In this document: piece after piece, positions 38,396 to 47,241 of the stretch
Layout of the letters: every line of letters starts with the position of its first letter
Numbering within the stretch: position 1 is the stretch's first letter
Source of the DNA: Minisyncoccia bacterium
GTDB lineage: Bacteria; Patescibacteriota; Minisyncoccia; Phycocordibacterales; UBA918
NCBI GenBank assembly: GCA_041742075.1
Contig: JBGSJJ010000005.1
Coordinates: forward strand, 97,481-161,480
Direction: 5' to 3'
DNA: 64,000 bases
Translations under genes and position numbers: made by a program
The notes under the pieces: model-generated
What the model saw: the letters and a program-made list of their open reading frames with translations, nothing else
Databases searched by the model: none
Told to the model about the DNA's origin: nothing

Positions 38396-40019
38396 CTCAA
38401 AATTACTGCTTTTAGTCATTCTCTTTGTTGGACTACTTGGTTTTACTGGAGTAGCTCTCGCTCAGTCAGGCCTCTCAATTAGTGTAACGCCAAGCTTAAT
38501 TGAACTATCTGTCGAGCCTGGTCGAACCTGGGAAAGCTCAGTTAAGGTTATAAATAATAACCAGTTTGATTTAACTGTCTACGCCAACGTTGTAAACTTT
38601 GCTCCACAAGGAGAATCTGGCCAAGGTGCCTTTTTGCCGATCGAAGCAGGCGGTGACAAAACTACTGTTGCCGAGTGGCTTACGGTCAGCTCTGACCCGA
38701 TTGTCATACCGCGTGAGTCAAGTACAGAAGTACCTTTATTACTTACTGTTCCCGCAAACGCCGCACCGGGCGGACATTATGCGGCTATCATGATTGGTAC
38801 AAAACCACCTGAAAGTAGCAACATTACGGCAGTGAGAACCTCACAAATTGTCACCGCATTGTTTTTTGCTCGAGTCACCGGTGACGTGATTGAAAACGGT
38901 ACAATTCGATCATTTCGTCCGACCGACTTTGTGGTCGGTAGTCCTACAGCAACGTTTGAACTGCGCTTTGAGAATAACGGTAACGTCCACCTGCAACCGC
39001 AAGGTGAGATTGTTATTAAAAACATGTGGGGTGCAACACGAGGCCTCATACCTATTAATCGAGAAACGCATTTTGGTAATGTGCTACCAAATAGTATTAG
39101 AAAGTTTGAATTTACGTGGAGCGGAGCCTTTTCGCTCACAGATATCGGTCGCTATACAGCTGAGGTTGCTTTAGCGTACGGTGAGGACGCACGCAAGTTT
39201 TCCTCCTTTAGTACTTCGTTTTGGGTTTTACCCCTTAAGGGTATAACCCTCGCTCTTATAGTGCTATTTGGACTTATTTTCTTCCTCCGTTTTGTCGTAC
39301 GTTCTTATGTAAGACGAATGCTGGTCTTAGCTGGTGTTGATCCAAATATGGGAAAACGCGTGCCAGTATCTCTACCAAAGCTGCCTGGTAAAGATGTGCG
39401 GATTATAAAAACAGCCATGCTTACTGCTCCCGTTAAAAATGGGTTTAGTGACTTCAAGTCAAAGATGCGAGCCGTCCCGATACTTAAAGATAAATTCTAT
39501 GCGGTGCTAGAGTTTATCTACCAATACAAACTATTTTTTATTTCAGTCCTGGTTTTTATTGTTCTTGTCGTTGGTATAATCTTCTTCTTCAAGAGCGTCC
39601 TCACGAAAGAAGTTCCGTATGAAATAACCGTCGACCGGGAAGGTGAAGACGTCACGCTCTCCTCAGAACAAATCGAATTTGATGCAAACAATTCTACAGA
39701 AGATATACAGACTGAAACCGTTGTTTCAGACTCAAGTTCACAACCGTTTACCCTCATTCTGACAAATGCGAGCGGAAAGTCAGGTGTTGCTGGTACCTTA
39801 AAAACAGAACTTGAAAATGATGACTATGTAGTTGATGAGCTCCGGTCTGACTTAACTGGTGTAAAAAATAGAACAGTAATTATTTACAGTAAAGAAGTTG
39901 AAGAGTCAGCCTTAAAGCTAAGTGAGCGTTTAAACAACGCACTCCTATCGGCATTGTCAGACACAACCGGCCCACCAGAAATTGAAGTTCTCATCGGTAC
40001 AGATTATCTAGAAGAGTAG
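38361..40019 (+). CDS. DUF916/DUF3324-like protein fused to a LytR C-terminal domain
   Basis: ISVTPS, EWL, PGGHYAAI, FENNGNVHLQP, IGRYTA; two further TMs; LytR_C-like NASGKSGVA...TVIIY...IEVLIGTDY. Confidence 0.78.
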   Translation: MILTSKIRIVSSSKLLLLVILFVGLLGFTGVALAQSGLSISVTPSLIELSVEPGRTWESSVKVINNNQFDLTVYANVVNFAPQGESGQGAFLPIEAGGDKTTVAEWLTVSSDPIVIPRESSTEVPLLLTVPANAAPGGHYAAIMIGTKPPESSNITAVRTSQIVTALFFARVTGDVIENGTIRSFRPTDFVVGSPTATFELRFENNGNVHLQPQGEIVIKNMWGATRGLIPINRETHFGNVLPNSIRKFEFTWSGAFSLTDIGRYTAEVALAYGEDARKFSSFSTSFWVLPLKGITLALIVLFGLIFFLRFVVRSYVRRMLVLAGVDPNMGKRVPVSLPKLPGKDVRIIKTAMLTAPVKNGFSDFKSKMRAVPILKDKFYAVLEFIYQYKLFFISVLVFIVLVVGIIFFFKSVLTKEVPYEITVDREGEDVTLSSEQIEFDANNSTEDIQTETVVSDSSSQPFTLILTNASGKSGVAGTLKTELENDDYVVDELRSDLTGVKNRTVIIYSKEVEESALKLSERLNNALLSALSDTTGPPEIEVLIGTDYLEE

Positions 40020-40056
40020 TGTATACTTGAACTACTTATCGGATAATATTGTCCCT

Positions 40057-40539
40057 ATGAACAAACAATCTATAATTGCTGGTTTGGTTATTTTTGCCCT
40101 CATTGTGGTGGGTATGTTTACCTTTACCTACCTTAAGAAAAAAGAGTTAATGGCCGAACTACCAGCTGAAGTTCCTACTCAAGAACAAACTATAGCTGAG
40201 AAGTATGGAATATCTCAAATCGACACGACGCATTACTTTATCGATGGCAAGCATACGTTTGTCGGTGAAATTCTTATGCCTACTCCCTGCGATTTACTCG
40301 AAGTTGAAGCTCTCGTGATGGAATCTTTCCCGGAACAAATCCGACTCGATTTTACCGTGATAAACACCGCTGACGCCTGTGCGCAGGTTATCACCCCGCA
40401 ACGATTTAGTGTTGAAGCAGTTGCTTCCGCTGAAGCTAGTACTACCGCCTACTTTATGAACGAACCTGTCCTCCTTAACATAACTCCAGCAAGAGCGGGA
40501 GAGACACCAGAAGAGTTTGAAGTGTACATTAAGGGGTAA
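40057..40539 (+). CDS. Hypothetical membrane-anchored protein with PTPC...CAQVITP Cys pair
   Basis: N-terminal TM; two Cys, likely disulfide-bonded; adjacent to Dsb genes. Confidence 0.75.
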   Translation: MNKQSIIAGLVIFALIVVGMFTFTYLKKKELMAELPAEVPTQEQTIAEKYGISQIDTTHYFIDGKHTFVGEILMPTPCDLLEVEALVMESFPEQIRLDFTVINTADACAQVITPQRFSVEAVASAEASTTAYFMNEPVLLNITPARAGETPEEFEVYIKG

Positions 40540-40542
40540 CAC

Positions 40543-41211
40543 GTGCTTAGACGTATGTATTTTTTTAGCTCTCCCAAAGAATACTATGCATTTGTCGGTG
40601 CGGTGTTACTCGGTTGCGGGCTCGTCTTTGGTGCTTCCTACCTGAAGTCAGAAATCAAAACCGTCGCCTTAGCAGACGGAATGACAGAAAACATCTCTCG
40701 TAAAGAAGCTCTTCGTCATGTCTATGGCAACAAAAACGCGGAGGTAACAGTGGTTGAGTTCTCAGACTTTTCGTGTCGCTTCTGTTCACTTGTCCATGAA
40801 ACTCTCCGGACACTGGTAGACGAAAGTAACGCAAACGTTGTGTGGGAGTATCGACATTTACCGATTCTGAGAGAAGAATCCTTTACCGCTGCTTTGGCTT
40901 CAGAATGTGTTAGTGAACTCAAAGGCAATGACGCTTTTTGGCAGTTTGCTGATACGATTATGGCAAGTCAGGCCAACCTAAACGATGCGTACATTAAAGA
41001 TACCGTACTCACTCTTGGTATCACAAACGATGAGTATACGAGTTGTCTACAAAATGAAGACTTGCGAGCGCGGGTGGAGTCAGATGCGGAGTTAGCCAGG
41101 TCTCTCGGAGCCAGGGGTACACCGTACAGTGTGGTTATCTCTAAAGACGGTACGAAGACACCTGTTTCGGGAGCTCTACCTTTGTCTGAATTTAAAGCAC
41201 TTATCAACTAG
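40543..41211 (+). CDS. DsbA-family thiol-disulfide oxidoreductase
   Basis: VEFSDFSCRFC active site, YRHLP, GTP cis-Pro loop, GALP; N-terminal TM. Confidence 0.9.
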   Translation: MLRRMYFFSSPKEYYAFVGAVLLGCGLVFGASYLKSEIKTVALADGMTENISRKEALRHVYGNKNAEVTVVEFSDFSCRFCSLVHETLRTLVDESNANVVWEYRHLPILREESFTAALASECVSELKGNDAFWQFADTIMASQANLNDAYIKDTVLTLGITNDEYTSCLQNEDLRARVESDAELARSLGARGTPYSVVISKDGTKTPVSGALPLSEFKALIN

Positions 41212-41220
41212 TATCTTTCT

Positions 41221-41769
41221 ATGGTAACTAAGAAAAATCTTGTACTCCTCGCGTTCCTTGTTTTTATACTGGGAGTGGTACTTTTGGCTACTATATACAT
41301 AGCGCGTTTAAATCAAGAGCCCAGTGAAATAGACTCCTTACTGAACCTTGACCAGGCAGGTGTGTTTCTGGCTGAAAATGGTGACGATATAAGTTTTTCA
41401 AATTTTGATAACAAAGTACGTATTATTAACTCTTGGGCGACGTGGTCACCGTATAGCACTGAAGAACTAATTGCCCTTAATGAACACGCCAAAAATTATC
41501 AAGACAAAAATGTCGTCGTACTAGCGGTGAACCGAAATGAACCGCCTGACAGAATCGAAGCGTTTATGAATACGCTTCCGGAGCTATCACATATTACTTT
41601 TGTGCGTGATACTGCTGACCAGCTTTACGGTGCGTTTTCTGGGTACGCTATGCCCGAGACTTTGTTCTATGATGCGGAGGGTAATCTTATATTTCACAAG
41701 CGAGGTGTTCTCACAAAAGATGAACTGTACCAGTACACTGAGGCGTCTATTGTAGGCCTCACAGAATAG
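41221..41769 (+). CDS. TlpA/ResA-like redoxin with CxxC replaced by SxxS
   Basis: IINSWATWSPYS, VVLAVN, MPETLFYD.EG; N-terminal TM. Confidence 0.85.
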   Translation: MVTKKNLVLLAFLVFILGVVLLATIYIARLNQEPSEIDSLLNLDQAGVFLAENGDDISFSNFDNKVRIINSWATWSPYSTEELIALNEHAKNYQDKNVVVLAVNRNEPPDRIEAFMNTLPELSHITFVRDTADQLYGAFSGYAMPETLFYDAEGNLIFHKRGVLTKDELYQYTEASIVGLTE

Positions 41770-41772
41770 ATT

Positions 41773-42516
41773 ATGGCCGTAGAGATGGAAAGTTTACTCA
41801 TTGGATCATTTCTGGCTGGCCTTTTGATGTTCTTAGCACCATGCACTCTGCCACTAGTTCCAGCGTTTATAGCTTTCTTAGGAGGCAATACAATTTCCGC
41901 TCAAAAAAATCGCTTAACAGTACTTAGAAACGCTTTCTTATTTACGAGTGGGTTTACGCTGATTTTTGTATTGTTTGGACTCCTCGCCGGCCTATTGGGA
42001 ACGAGTTTTGGTCCGTACCGATCATTTCTAGTGCAGGTAAGCGGAGGACTGATTATTGTGTTTGGACTCACACTACTTGGACTATTTGATATACCACTTT
42101 TAAATCGGACGTTTACGCCACAGGTGCCAAAATTTTTTACCGTTGGCACTGGCCGTTCTGCCTTTATCACTGGTGCACTGGTTGCTGTCGGCTGGTCACC
42201 GTGCGTTGGCCCACTCTTGGCAACAGTACTGTTACTCACGGCTAGTACGGCTACTGCTTTGTCTGGAACAATCCTTCTATTTGTTTTTTCACTCGGTTTT
42301 TCAATACCTTTTTTGTTGGTAGCAGTCTTGTATTCACGAGTAAACCAGATTCCCAAGTCACTCCTTTTGGTGTCGCGCGTACTAAGGTATGTTGGTGGCG
42401 CTTTGATTGTTGTTATTGGGTATTTGCTTCTCACTGACTCACTCGGTATGCTTACTAGTATGACGGAGTCATTTTTTGAACTATTTGGTCTGTCTTCATT
42501 ACTTAATTTCTACTAA
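41773..42516 (+). CDS. ccdA: CcdA/DsbD-family transmembrane electron transporter
   Basis: FLAPCTLPLVP and GWSPCVGPLL motifs; about 6 TMs. Confidence 0.9.
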   Translation: MAVEMESLLIGSFLAGLLMFLAPCTLPLVPAFIAFLGGNTISAQKNRLTVLRNAFLFTSGFTLIFVLFGLLAGLLGTSFGPYRSFLVQVSGGLIIVFGLTLLGLFDIPLLNRTFTPQVPKFFTVGTGRSAFITGALVAVGWSPCVGPLLATVLLLTASTATALSGTILLFVFSLGFSIPFLLVAVLYSRVNQIPKSLLLVSRVLRYVGGALIVVIGYLLLTDSLGMLTSMTESFFELFGLSSLLNFY

Positions 42517-42522
42517 CCTTGT

Positions 42523-43761
42523 ATGACTCCATTTGCCCAAGTTCAAAATCATGTTCAGAGTGCTACGACTGCGCTCAAGTATGACGAAGCGACTCTTGCA
42601 AAACTCACAAAGCCTGACGCCGTACATGAGCACGTGCTCCAGGTAGAGACTAGCTTAGGTACGCGTTCACTCCCAGCCTATCGTGTACAGTTCAATAACG
42701 CACGTGGGCCGTACAAGGGAGGGATTCGTTTTCATGCCGACGCTGACAAAGACGAAGTACAAGCGCTCGCTCTCGCGATGGCTGTTAAGTGTGCGGTTGT
42801 CGGAATTCCCTTAGGGGGAGCCAAAGGAGGCGTTAGTTTTAACCCTAAAGAGTATTCCAAGAATGACCTCGAGTTAATTAGCCGAGCCTACGCTTCTGCG
42901 TTTGCTTCGGTACTTGGTGTTGATAGTGATATACCTGCACCAGACGTGAACACTACGCCAGAGGTGATGGCGTACATGCTCGACGAGTACGAAAAGATTA
43001 TTGGAAAAAGCGAACCAGGTATGATTACTGGAAAGCCACTCTCATTGTGGGGGAGTGCTGGAAGAGGGATTGCTACCGCACAAGGTGGTGTGTATGTACT
43101 TGAAGCGTACCTGAAGACTAAAAACGAATCACTGTCCAAAAAAAGAATTGCGATTCAAGGCTATGGAAATGCCGGTGCAGTTATCGCTAGACTTCTGTAC
43201 GAAAAAGGAGCTCTGATTGTCGCTGTTTCAGACAGTCAAGGTACCGCCATAAACGAAGCCGGATTTAATCCAGCCGAATTAGATGCTCTCAAACGTGAAA
43301 AAAAGAGTGTACTGGAAGCATCTGGTCAAAACTCACCAGATAGCAGTGCCGTACTTATAAGTGACGCCGACATTCTTATTCCTGCGGCTCTTGATAATGC
43401 CATCACCGAAGCAAACGCGCCACAAGTTACAGCAAAAATAATTCTTGAACTAGCCAATAATCCCGTAACCCCGGAAGCAGAGGCATTGCTTACAAGTAAA
43501 GGTGTCGACTGTATACCTGACGTCCTCGCGAATGCTGGTGGGGTAACGGTATCGTATTTTGAATGGGTACAAAACCGTCAACAGTTCTACTGGTCGGAAG
43601 CAGAGGTTTTGTCAAAGCTACAAACAAGAATGGAGCAGTCTTTTGCCGATGTATTGGCGCTTAAAAATGCCCAGCCAACAGAAGCTACTTTCAGGCAAGG
43701 AGCCTACGTACTTGGTATTAGTAGGATAGTGGAAGCCATGAAAATTCGTGGAAGAATATAG
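42523..43761 (+). CDS. gdhA: Glu/Leu/Phe/Val dehydrogenase (glutamate dehydrogenase)
   Basis: GPYKGGIRFH, GGAKGG, DIPAPDVNT, IQGYGNAG, NAGGVTVSYFEWVQN. Confidence 0.93.
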   Translation: MTPFAQVQNHVQSATTALKYDEATLAKLTKPDAVHEHVLQVETSLGTRSLPAYRVQFNNARGPYKGGIRFHADADKDEVQALALAMAVKCAVVGIPLGGAKGGVSFNPKEYSKNDLELISRAYASAFASVLGVDSDIPAPDVNTTPEVMAYMLDEYEKIIGKSEPGMITGKPLSLWGSAGRGIATAQGGVYVLEAYLKTKNESLSKKRIAIQGYGNAGAVIARLLYEKGALIVAVSDSQGTAINEAGFNPAELDALKREKKSVLEASGQNSPDSSAVLISDADILIPAALDNAITEANAPQVTAKIILELANNPVTPEAEALLTSKGVDCIPDVLANAGGVTVSYFEWVQNRQQFYWSEAEVLSKLQTRMEQSFADVLALKNAQPTEATFRQGAYVLGISRIVEAMKIRGRI

Positions 43762-43773
43762 CTATTCTGGCTA

Positions 43774-43802
43774 TTGTAAATAGAGCAATTTTGTGCTATA
43801 GT
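43774..43802 (+). promoter_or_regulatory. Sigma70-type promoter TTGTAA-N17-TATAGT with extended TG
   Basis: ttgtaa 43774-43779, tgctatagt 43794-43802. Confidence 0.6.
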
Positions 43803-43898
43803 CTTAAATAGGTACGTTCAAACGCTTTTCGCGCCACCCCAAACTTTATTTGGAGCTCTTCTACAGAAGGGTTTCGGTGTACGCAATCATATTCAACT

Positions 43899-44066
43899 AT
43901 GAGAAAAGCAATTGGTTTTGTGATAGTACTATATGCCATCACAATAATAGTAGACTCAGGATTTGAGTCTTTCGAAAAGGCACTCGTTGCTTCTTTTAAA
44001 CTTGTTGAAACGGCGGCTTACGTTTCAGAGAGTCAATTAGAGACACGACTGCCAAAAAATCAGTGA
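43899..44066 (+). CDS. Small 55 aa protein with hydrophobic N-terminus (not in ORF track)
   Basis: MRKAIGFVIVLYAITIIVDSGFESFEKALVASFKLVETAAYVSESQLETRLPKNQ, flanked by a promoter and a terminator-like hairpin. Confidence 0.65.
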   Translation: MRKAIGFVIVLYAITIIVDSGFESFEKALVASFKLVETAAYVSESQLETRLPKNQ

Positions 44067-44073
44067 CACACCC

Positions 44074-44113
44074 GGACCTTTCAAACATTCGTTTGTTAGG
44101 TCTTTGTTGTTTG
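44074..44113 (+). terminator. Putative terminator
   Basis: ggacct..caaac/gtttg..aggtct stem followed by a T-rich tract. Confidence 0.5.
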
Positions 44114-44151
44114 TACTTATCCGTGTAGCTATAGTATTATGTAACTAAACT

Positions 44152-45198
44152 ATGGACCTAAAACGTATAACTGAGTACATCTTCTTTTTTGGTTTGCTAC
44201 TTGTCGTCGGCTACATAGCGTGGTCAATGATGTTTCCTTTTGTGGCAGCATTGGTACTAGCTGCCATTATTGTAATTCTCTGTTACCCAATCTTTGAATT
44301 TATTTTGCGCTTCACACCGAGAAATAACCGTTCTATTGCAGCCCTCTTGAGTACCCTGATTGCATTTTTTGCTATCGTTATTCCAGTTTTCTTTCTTTCG
44401 ACACTTCTCGTTGATGAATTTGTTTCTTTCTATAAATCAATCGAAGGAACTAACGAGCTGGCAATAGACGGGGCATTTTCAAAAGTAGAAGCACTCGTGA
44501 ATACCTACATCCCCGGTTTTGAACTAAACATAACCGAACAGGTTAAACAAAGTGGTGCCTGGCTTGCGAGCAACATTGGCGCTATTTTTGCTGGCACAAT
44601 ATCAGTGGTGTTTATTTTCTTGATCTCACTTATGGGATCTTTCTACCTGTTTCGTGACGGTAAAGAGTTCGTTGCTTGGGTAGTCGAAGTAAGTCCATTG
44701 GCTGATGGGCAAGATAAGCTAATTCTGGATAGAATTAGCCGAGCCATCCGCTCCATCGCTACTGGAACTCTCCTTCTTTCGATAGTGCAAGGAGTGGTGG
44801 CAGCTATTGGCTTTAGTCTATTTGGTATTGATCGACCGATTCTATGGGGTTCAGTAGCAGCCATCGGTGCGCTCCTGCCTGGTATTGGCACGGCTGGTAT
44901 TATGATCCCGTTTGTTTCGTACTTAGTGTTTGTCGGCAATATGGGCAACGCGATTGGTCTTTTGGTCTGGGCAATTGCTTCAATTGCCATTATTGACAAT
45001 GTTCTTGGACCGTACCTCATGAGTCGCGGTAACAACCTGCATCCGTTTGTGGTTCTACTCTCAGTGCTTGGTGGCATCTCTGTTTTTGGCCCGATTGGAT
45101 TTATCATTGGGCCTGTTGTCATGAGTTTGTTCGTAGTTCTTCTAGAAATCTATATGCAGATAGTGGCAGTCAGTGAACGAAAAAAAGTAAAAAAATAA
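44152..45198 (+). CDS. AI-2E family transporter
   Basis: Multi-TM; DNVLGPYLM, LHPFVVLLSVLGG..FGPIGFIIGP. Confidence 0.9.
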   Translation: MDLKRITEYIFFFGLLLVVGYIAWSMMFPFVAALVLAAIIVILCYPIFEFILRFTPRNNRSIAALLSTLIAFFAIVIPVFFLSTLLVDEFVSFYKSIEGTNELAIDGAFSKVEALVNTYIPGFELNITEQVKQSGAWLASNIGAIFAGTISVVFIFLISLMGSFYLFRDGKEFVAWVVEVSPLADGQDKLILDRISRAIRSIATGTLLLSIVQGVVAAIGFSLFGIDRPILWGSVAAIGALLPGIGTAGIMIPFVSYLVFVGNMGNAIGLLVWAIASIAIIDNVLGPYLMSRGNNLHPFVVLLSVLGGISVFGPIGFIIGPVVMSLFVVLLEIYMQIVAVSERKKVKK

Positions 45199-45201
45199 AC
45201 T

Positions 45202-45615
45202 ATGCTAGAGCGTGCACATATTGAAAAGTTTCTTATGTTAAATGGGGTCAGTCCGACTGCTCCTGATGAAGAAATAAAGTCTGTTTTAATTAGTGCTTCG
45301 TGGCAGGAGGACGATGTAAACGCGGCTATTTTAGTTCTTAGAGAAAACACCGAAAGCAATCAGTCTCGTGTCGATAGTGTTCATCGTATCTTTCACACCG
45401 ACGACAAGCTAAAGCCAGAAATGGTGTCAGCTCTTTTAGGTATTGAAATGGGTGTTAGTTCTGCCGACATTGAACTAAGACAGACTCAGCGCAGAGGACT
45501 TACTTTTACTGAGATATTTAGACTCATTGCTATCTCGATAGTTCTCTCCGCAGTTGCTTTTTTGCTTTCAATGTGGTATTTCGAGATTGGTATTTTTCAC
45601 TTCGCTGCTGTCTAA
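45202..45615 (+). CDS. Hypothetical protein with C-terminal TM
   Basis: N-terminal EEIKSVL...W....V..A helical motif; C-terminal hydrophobic segment. Confidence 0.75.
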   Translation: MLERAHIEKFLMLNGVSPTAPDEEIKSVLISASWQEDDVNAAILVLRENTESNQSRVDSVHRIFHTDDKLKPEMVSALLGIEMGVSSADIELRQTQRRGLTFTEIFRLIAISIVLSAVAFLLSMWYFEIGIFHFAAV

Positions 45616-45627
45616 ATACTCTCGCGC

Positions 45628-46674
45628 ATGACTAAACTTCTATATGGTGGCCTTGTTTTTGCTGTAGCAATTGTTGCTGGCAGTGGTTTTTCAGTTTCTG
45701 GAGAAGGGTATGAGTATGGTGCGCTTAAGAGTGAGCTTACTATTGTGGAAGAAGAGGTTTTAGATGTAGAAGGCAACCGAGCTATTGTATTTGTTGGCGA
45801 CGTACTCCTGGCTCGTAAGGTAGAGCGCTACATGGAACGCTTTTCTCATGAGTACCCCTTCATGCGTCTTGACCCGTTTAGAAGCGATGAGTATGTAGTG
45901 GCAAACTTTGAATCAAGCATTCCAAGCGTACATGTCCCGACACCGTTTTACTCTCTGAACTTTTCAACAAAAAGTGAGTATGCTAAAGCTTTGCGCACCC
46001 AAGGCTTCACGCACGTCAGTCTCGCTAACAACCATAGTTATGATACTGGTCATAGTGGCTTCATGAGTACGACAGACGTCCTTACGGCGTCTGGCCTGAC
46101 TTCGTTTGGTGTGCCTGGAAAGCTTACGGCTTCAAGTACAGCCTATGTTACGCTCGGTACTTCTACCGTAGCGCTCATAGGTCTTGAAACTCTATCTTCA
46201 GTCCCAACTGATGAAGAACTTAAAAATTTTCTTGGTGAAGTCGATGCACAAAGCGACCTCATGATTGTCTATATTCATTGGGGAAACGAGTATGCGCTTA
46301 GGCATAGTAAAAGCCAGGAAGTGTTTGCAGAGAAACTGGTTTCGCTTGGGGTAGATGCGATTGTCGGTCATCATCCCCATGTTGTTCAAGATATTGCCCT
46401 TATTGATGGTGTGCCTGTCTTTTATTCACTTGGTAACTTTGTTTTTGATCAGTATTTTAGTCCTGAAGTCCAACAAGGTCTCCAACTTACCTTTGAAGTA
46501 TCTCACGATGTACTTTCGTATTCGCTTACTCCGGTGACGAGTATCGATATGCAGAGTTCACCTCGACCAATGACCGCTTCAGAAAAGAAAAGTTTTTTGA
46601 CTACTCTAGCTAACCGGAGTGATATTGAGTTAAGAGACATGATCACAGACGGCAAAATTGTTATTCCGCGGTAA
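45628..46674 (+). CDS. CapA (PGA_cap) family metallophosphatase-fold protein
   Basis: FVGDV, NFE, SLANNHSYD, IHWGNEY, GHHPHVVQ, YSLGNFVFDQ. Confidence 0.9.
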   Translation: MTKLLYGGLVFAVAIVAGSGFSVSGEGYEYGALKSELTIVEEEVLDVEGNRAIVFVGDVLLARKVERYMERFSHEYPFMRLDPFRSDEYVVANFESSIPSVHVPTPFYSLNFSTKSEYAKALRTQGFTHVSLANNHSYDTGHSGFMSTTDVLTASGLTSFGVPGKLTASSTAYVTLGTSTVALIGLETLSSVPTDEELKNFLGEVDAQSDLMIVYIHWGNEYALRHSKSQEVFAEKLVSLGVDAIVGHHPHVVQDIALIDGVPVFYSLGNFVFDQYFSPEVQQGLQLTFEVSHDVLSYSLTPVTSIDMQSSPRPMTASEKKSFLTTLANRSDIELRDMITDGKIVIPR

Positions 46675-46710
46675 GCTTGCAATTACAGCAAAATTGCCTA
46701 GTATAGTCGC

Positions 46711-47241
46711 ATGATAAACAAGTTTGAAGCAGTAGGAATTGGGGCCAGTATCTTGGCAATGATAGTAATCTTGATGGTGTTACAAGCTGAACCAAAGGAA
46801 ACTGAGACGAAAGCTGAAGTGGTGAAGGATGAGGAAGGTGAAGTAGTAATAGTAGAGGAAGGTGGTGAAGATGAACTAGCGACCGCTTTAATAGAATCAG
46901 TTGGAACTTCAGGTGATATGGAAAAATTAATTATCGATGATGTAACAGTAGGTAGTGGGGCAGAAGTAGTAGCAGGAGACACAGTTGCGGTCCACTATGT
47001 TGGCACACTGCAAAATGGCCAAGAATTTGATAACTCTAAGAAGCGTGGTGAACCATTTATGTTTACGGTTGGTGCTGGACAAGTGATTGCTGGTTGGGAG
47101 CAAGGCGTTGTCGGCATGAAAGTTGGCGGTACCAGAATCCTAGTTATTCCACCAGCGCTTGCCTATGGTGAACGAGGAATTGGCCCCATCCCTGGCGGAG
47201 CAACTCTCGTGTTCTCAATTGAACTGGTTGAAATTCAGTAA
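46711..47241 (+). CDS. Membrane-anchored FKBP-type peptidyl-prolyl isomerase
   Basis: VHYVGTL.NG..FDNS, VIAGWEQG..GMKVGG.R.LVIPP.LAYG. Confidence 0.93.
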   Translation: MINKFEAVGIGASILAMIVILMVLQAEPKETETKAEVVKDEEGEVVIVEEGGEDELATALIESVGTSGDMEKLIIDDVTVGSGAEVVAGDTVAVHYVGTLQNGQEFDNSKKRGEPFMFTVGAGQVIAGWEQGVVGMKVGGTRILVIPPALAYGERGIGPIPGGATLVFSIELVEIQ

